DNA of 64,000 nucleotides. Origin: Dipteris shenzhenensis. Its lineage: Eukaryota. This document shows, one piece after another, positions 62,059 to 64,000 of this stretch; within the stretch, counting starts at the first letter, position 1; every line of letters starts with the position of its first letter. The translations under genes were made by a program, and so were the position numbers. The notes below the pieces were generated by a model. The model was not told where the DNA came from and ran no database searches. It saw only the letters and a list, made by a program, of their open reading frames with translations. The stretch is from NCBI GenBank assembly GCA_047967505.1, contig CM106538.1; one strand, 5' to 3'.

Positions 62059-63242
62059 TGTGGATTAAGCTTTTGGCCTTACATGAGGGCTAGCGAATTA
62101 TTTTGTCATTTAGCTTGTATGACACCACCTTTATTATAAGCATGTGATATTATTTAAATGAGGATCTCTTGCCAAAATGGCGAGGTCCCCACTCATATTT
62201 AATGGTCCATTCCCCCCTAGTATGTCTCCCCAAGTAGTGAAAAATGGGAGATTCGTATTCATTAGTGTACCCCTAAGCTAAGTTAAATGCGTCCCTTCAA
62301 ATGATTGAAACAATTAAAAAAAAAAAAGAGGTCCATCCCATCTTTCATCTCTTTTCACTCCTCTCTTTTTACTTATCCACCTTTCCCATATTCATTCACC
62401 TTCATTTGCATTTTTTCCTTTCCCTTTCCTTCCAATTTACACCTTTCTTTTCCCTTTTACAAGTTATTGGATAATTTTATTGTAATATTTATCCGAGCTA
62501 CTTTACATTTTGGGACTTAGGGCCAGTGAAAAAATGCTCAACTGGTGTGACTTTGATTCTCAACTCCAATTATCTGAATTTATCGCGCATGAACCAGATG
62601 GTGGCATTCAATACGAGCGGCAGAGTTTGTCTAACTATTGCAGTGGGGAGCTGTGTGAGATGCAGAGTTGCACCTGTCCATTTTTCATTGGTTTGGATAG
62701 AGCAGGAAGAAACATTCAATGCAATGGTAGTGCCAAATGTCAAGGCGCTATTGGGTGGAGAAAAAATGGCGCTCCAGTGCCCAAATTCGCACCCTCCAAA
62801 ATCAAGGTGCCAATTTGAGCACCAAATGCACAATAGAGTCGCATGAGTTGGGGAAACATTTAGGTGTGTGAACGGAACTATTCACAACAACCAGAGGCAC
62901 ATTTTTTGCTGTGCGTGCATTGGGCCTTAGTGATTGTGCCACCTTGTTGAAAGCAAGGCCGTAGTGGTCACTTCAGCAGAGATGCCTCCCACAATCAACA
63001 AATCTACAAACCATGATGGACTACTTTCACTTCAATTGAGAACTAACAACTTAAGACTCTCATTTAGACCATATTTGGAGCAACCTTGACAAACCCAACA
63101 ACCAAGCACATACCTCATTCGCATATGGGACAGATCATTCCATTGCATACATTTGCACAAAATGCACACTAACACTTTCACCTACTATAACATTCTAAAA
63201 GGCAGGGCCTTGGTGGGATCCCTAGCTTGCTTATTTTGTAAG

Positions 63243-63283
<41 letters not shown>

Positions 63284-63427
63284 ACGCATCCACAATGAAC
63301 TTCTCTTGCATGCATGACCATGCACCCCGCATGCACACGCACACACACACACACCATACATACACATGTCCGGCCGACCCCATCCCCCCCTCCCCCTCCC
63401 CCCACACACAAGCATACACCTTCTCTC

Positions 63428-63473
<46 letters not shown>

Positions 63474-63967
63474 TGACAAGCATATGTGCATGCCCCATGG
63501 GCAAACACAAGTGAGTGCTACGAGAGGCATATGTTGGGATGTGCATGCATACATGCATTGAACACATACATGCAACACTACACAAGTGCGTAAGATGCAC
63601 ATGGAAGATTGGTACAAGTGGCAAGAAGTTACGAGTAAGGGGGAGTGCACAATGCGCACATACACCCACATGTGTGCGATCTTGTGAAATAACACCAAGA
63701 TGGTTGGGCCAGAAGTAGGCAACAATAGCGATCCAGAGGAGCAGAAAGGAGTTACAGTCTCACATGGCACCTTCACTCTCTGTCAACCTCCATGCTCTCC
63801 TGGCTCTAGTGTTCTGGGAACCGTCCGATCCGGATGTGCGCATAGGCTCATAAAGGCAATTGGAAAGGCCATTCTCGTTGTCGTTCGTGGCACCTTGAGT
63901 TCTCTCAGCCTACATGCTCTCCTGTTGCTCATGTGTTTGGGCTACGTGCCAATGCACATAGCAATGG

Positions 63968-64000
<33 letters not shown>

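Noticed and set aside
62510-62846. Overlapping ~100-aa ORFs
   Set aside because: Non-ATG starts, no homology I recognise, no splice pattern.
63178-63776. ORFs with RE/CV/HT runs
   Set aside because: Translations of microsatellites.

Overview
Repeat-dense eukaryotic DNA from a large-genome land plant (fern-like by inference: TE-filled intron, abundant (CT)n/(CA)n, CHG-type decay of old TEs). The only host gene is the 3' part of a phosphoglycerate-mutase-like gene (three + strand exons, 11598-12474). Its upstream exons are not visible, so the first 11.6 kb is probably one large intron. That stretch holds a nest (Ty3/Gypsy containing an old L1, itself interrupted by a young L1 with an uninterrupted ORF2) and a solo LTR. 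The rest is nested retroelements: two gag-only LTR elements inside a Gypsy remnant, Copia fragments, an RTE/RTE-X-like LINE in a microsatellite, a 15 kb Copia carrying further Gypsy-like, Copia and Mutator-like inserts, and a short L1 3' end with TSD. Top leads: (1) an unexplained ~170-aa globular domain between L1 ORF1 and ORF2, coupled to ORF2 by an ATGA overlap; (2) two different gag-only elements whose Gags both end in DYAF-stop; (3) one of them has unprocessed cDNA ends, no TSD and an array of covarying UUUGU-loop hairpins; (4) a Gypsy-like element with a repeated novel motif where RT should be. All calls are by eye; no searches were run.
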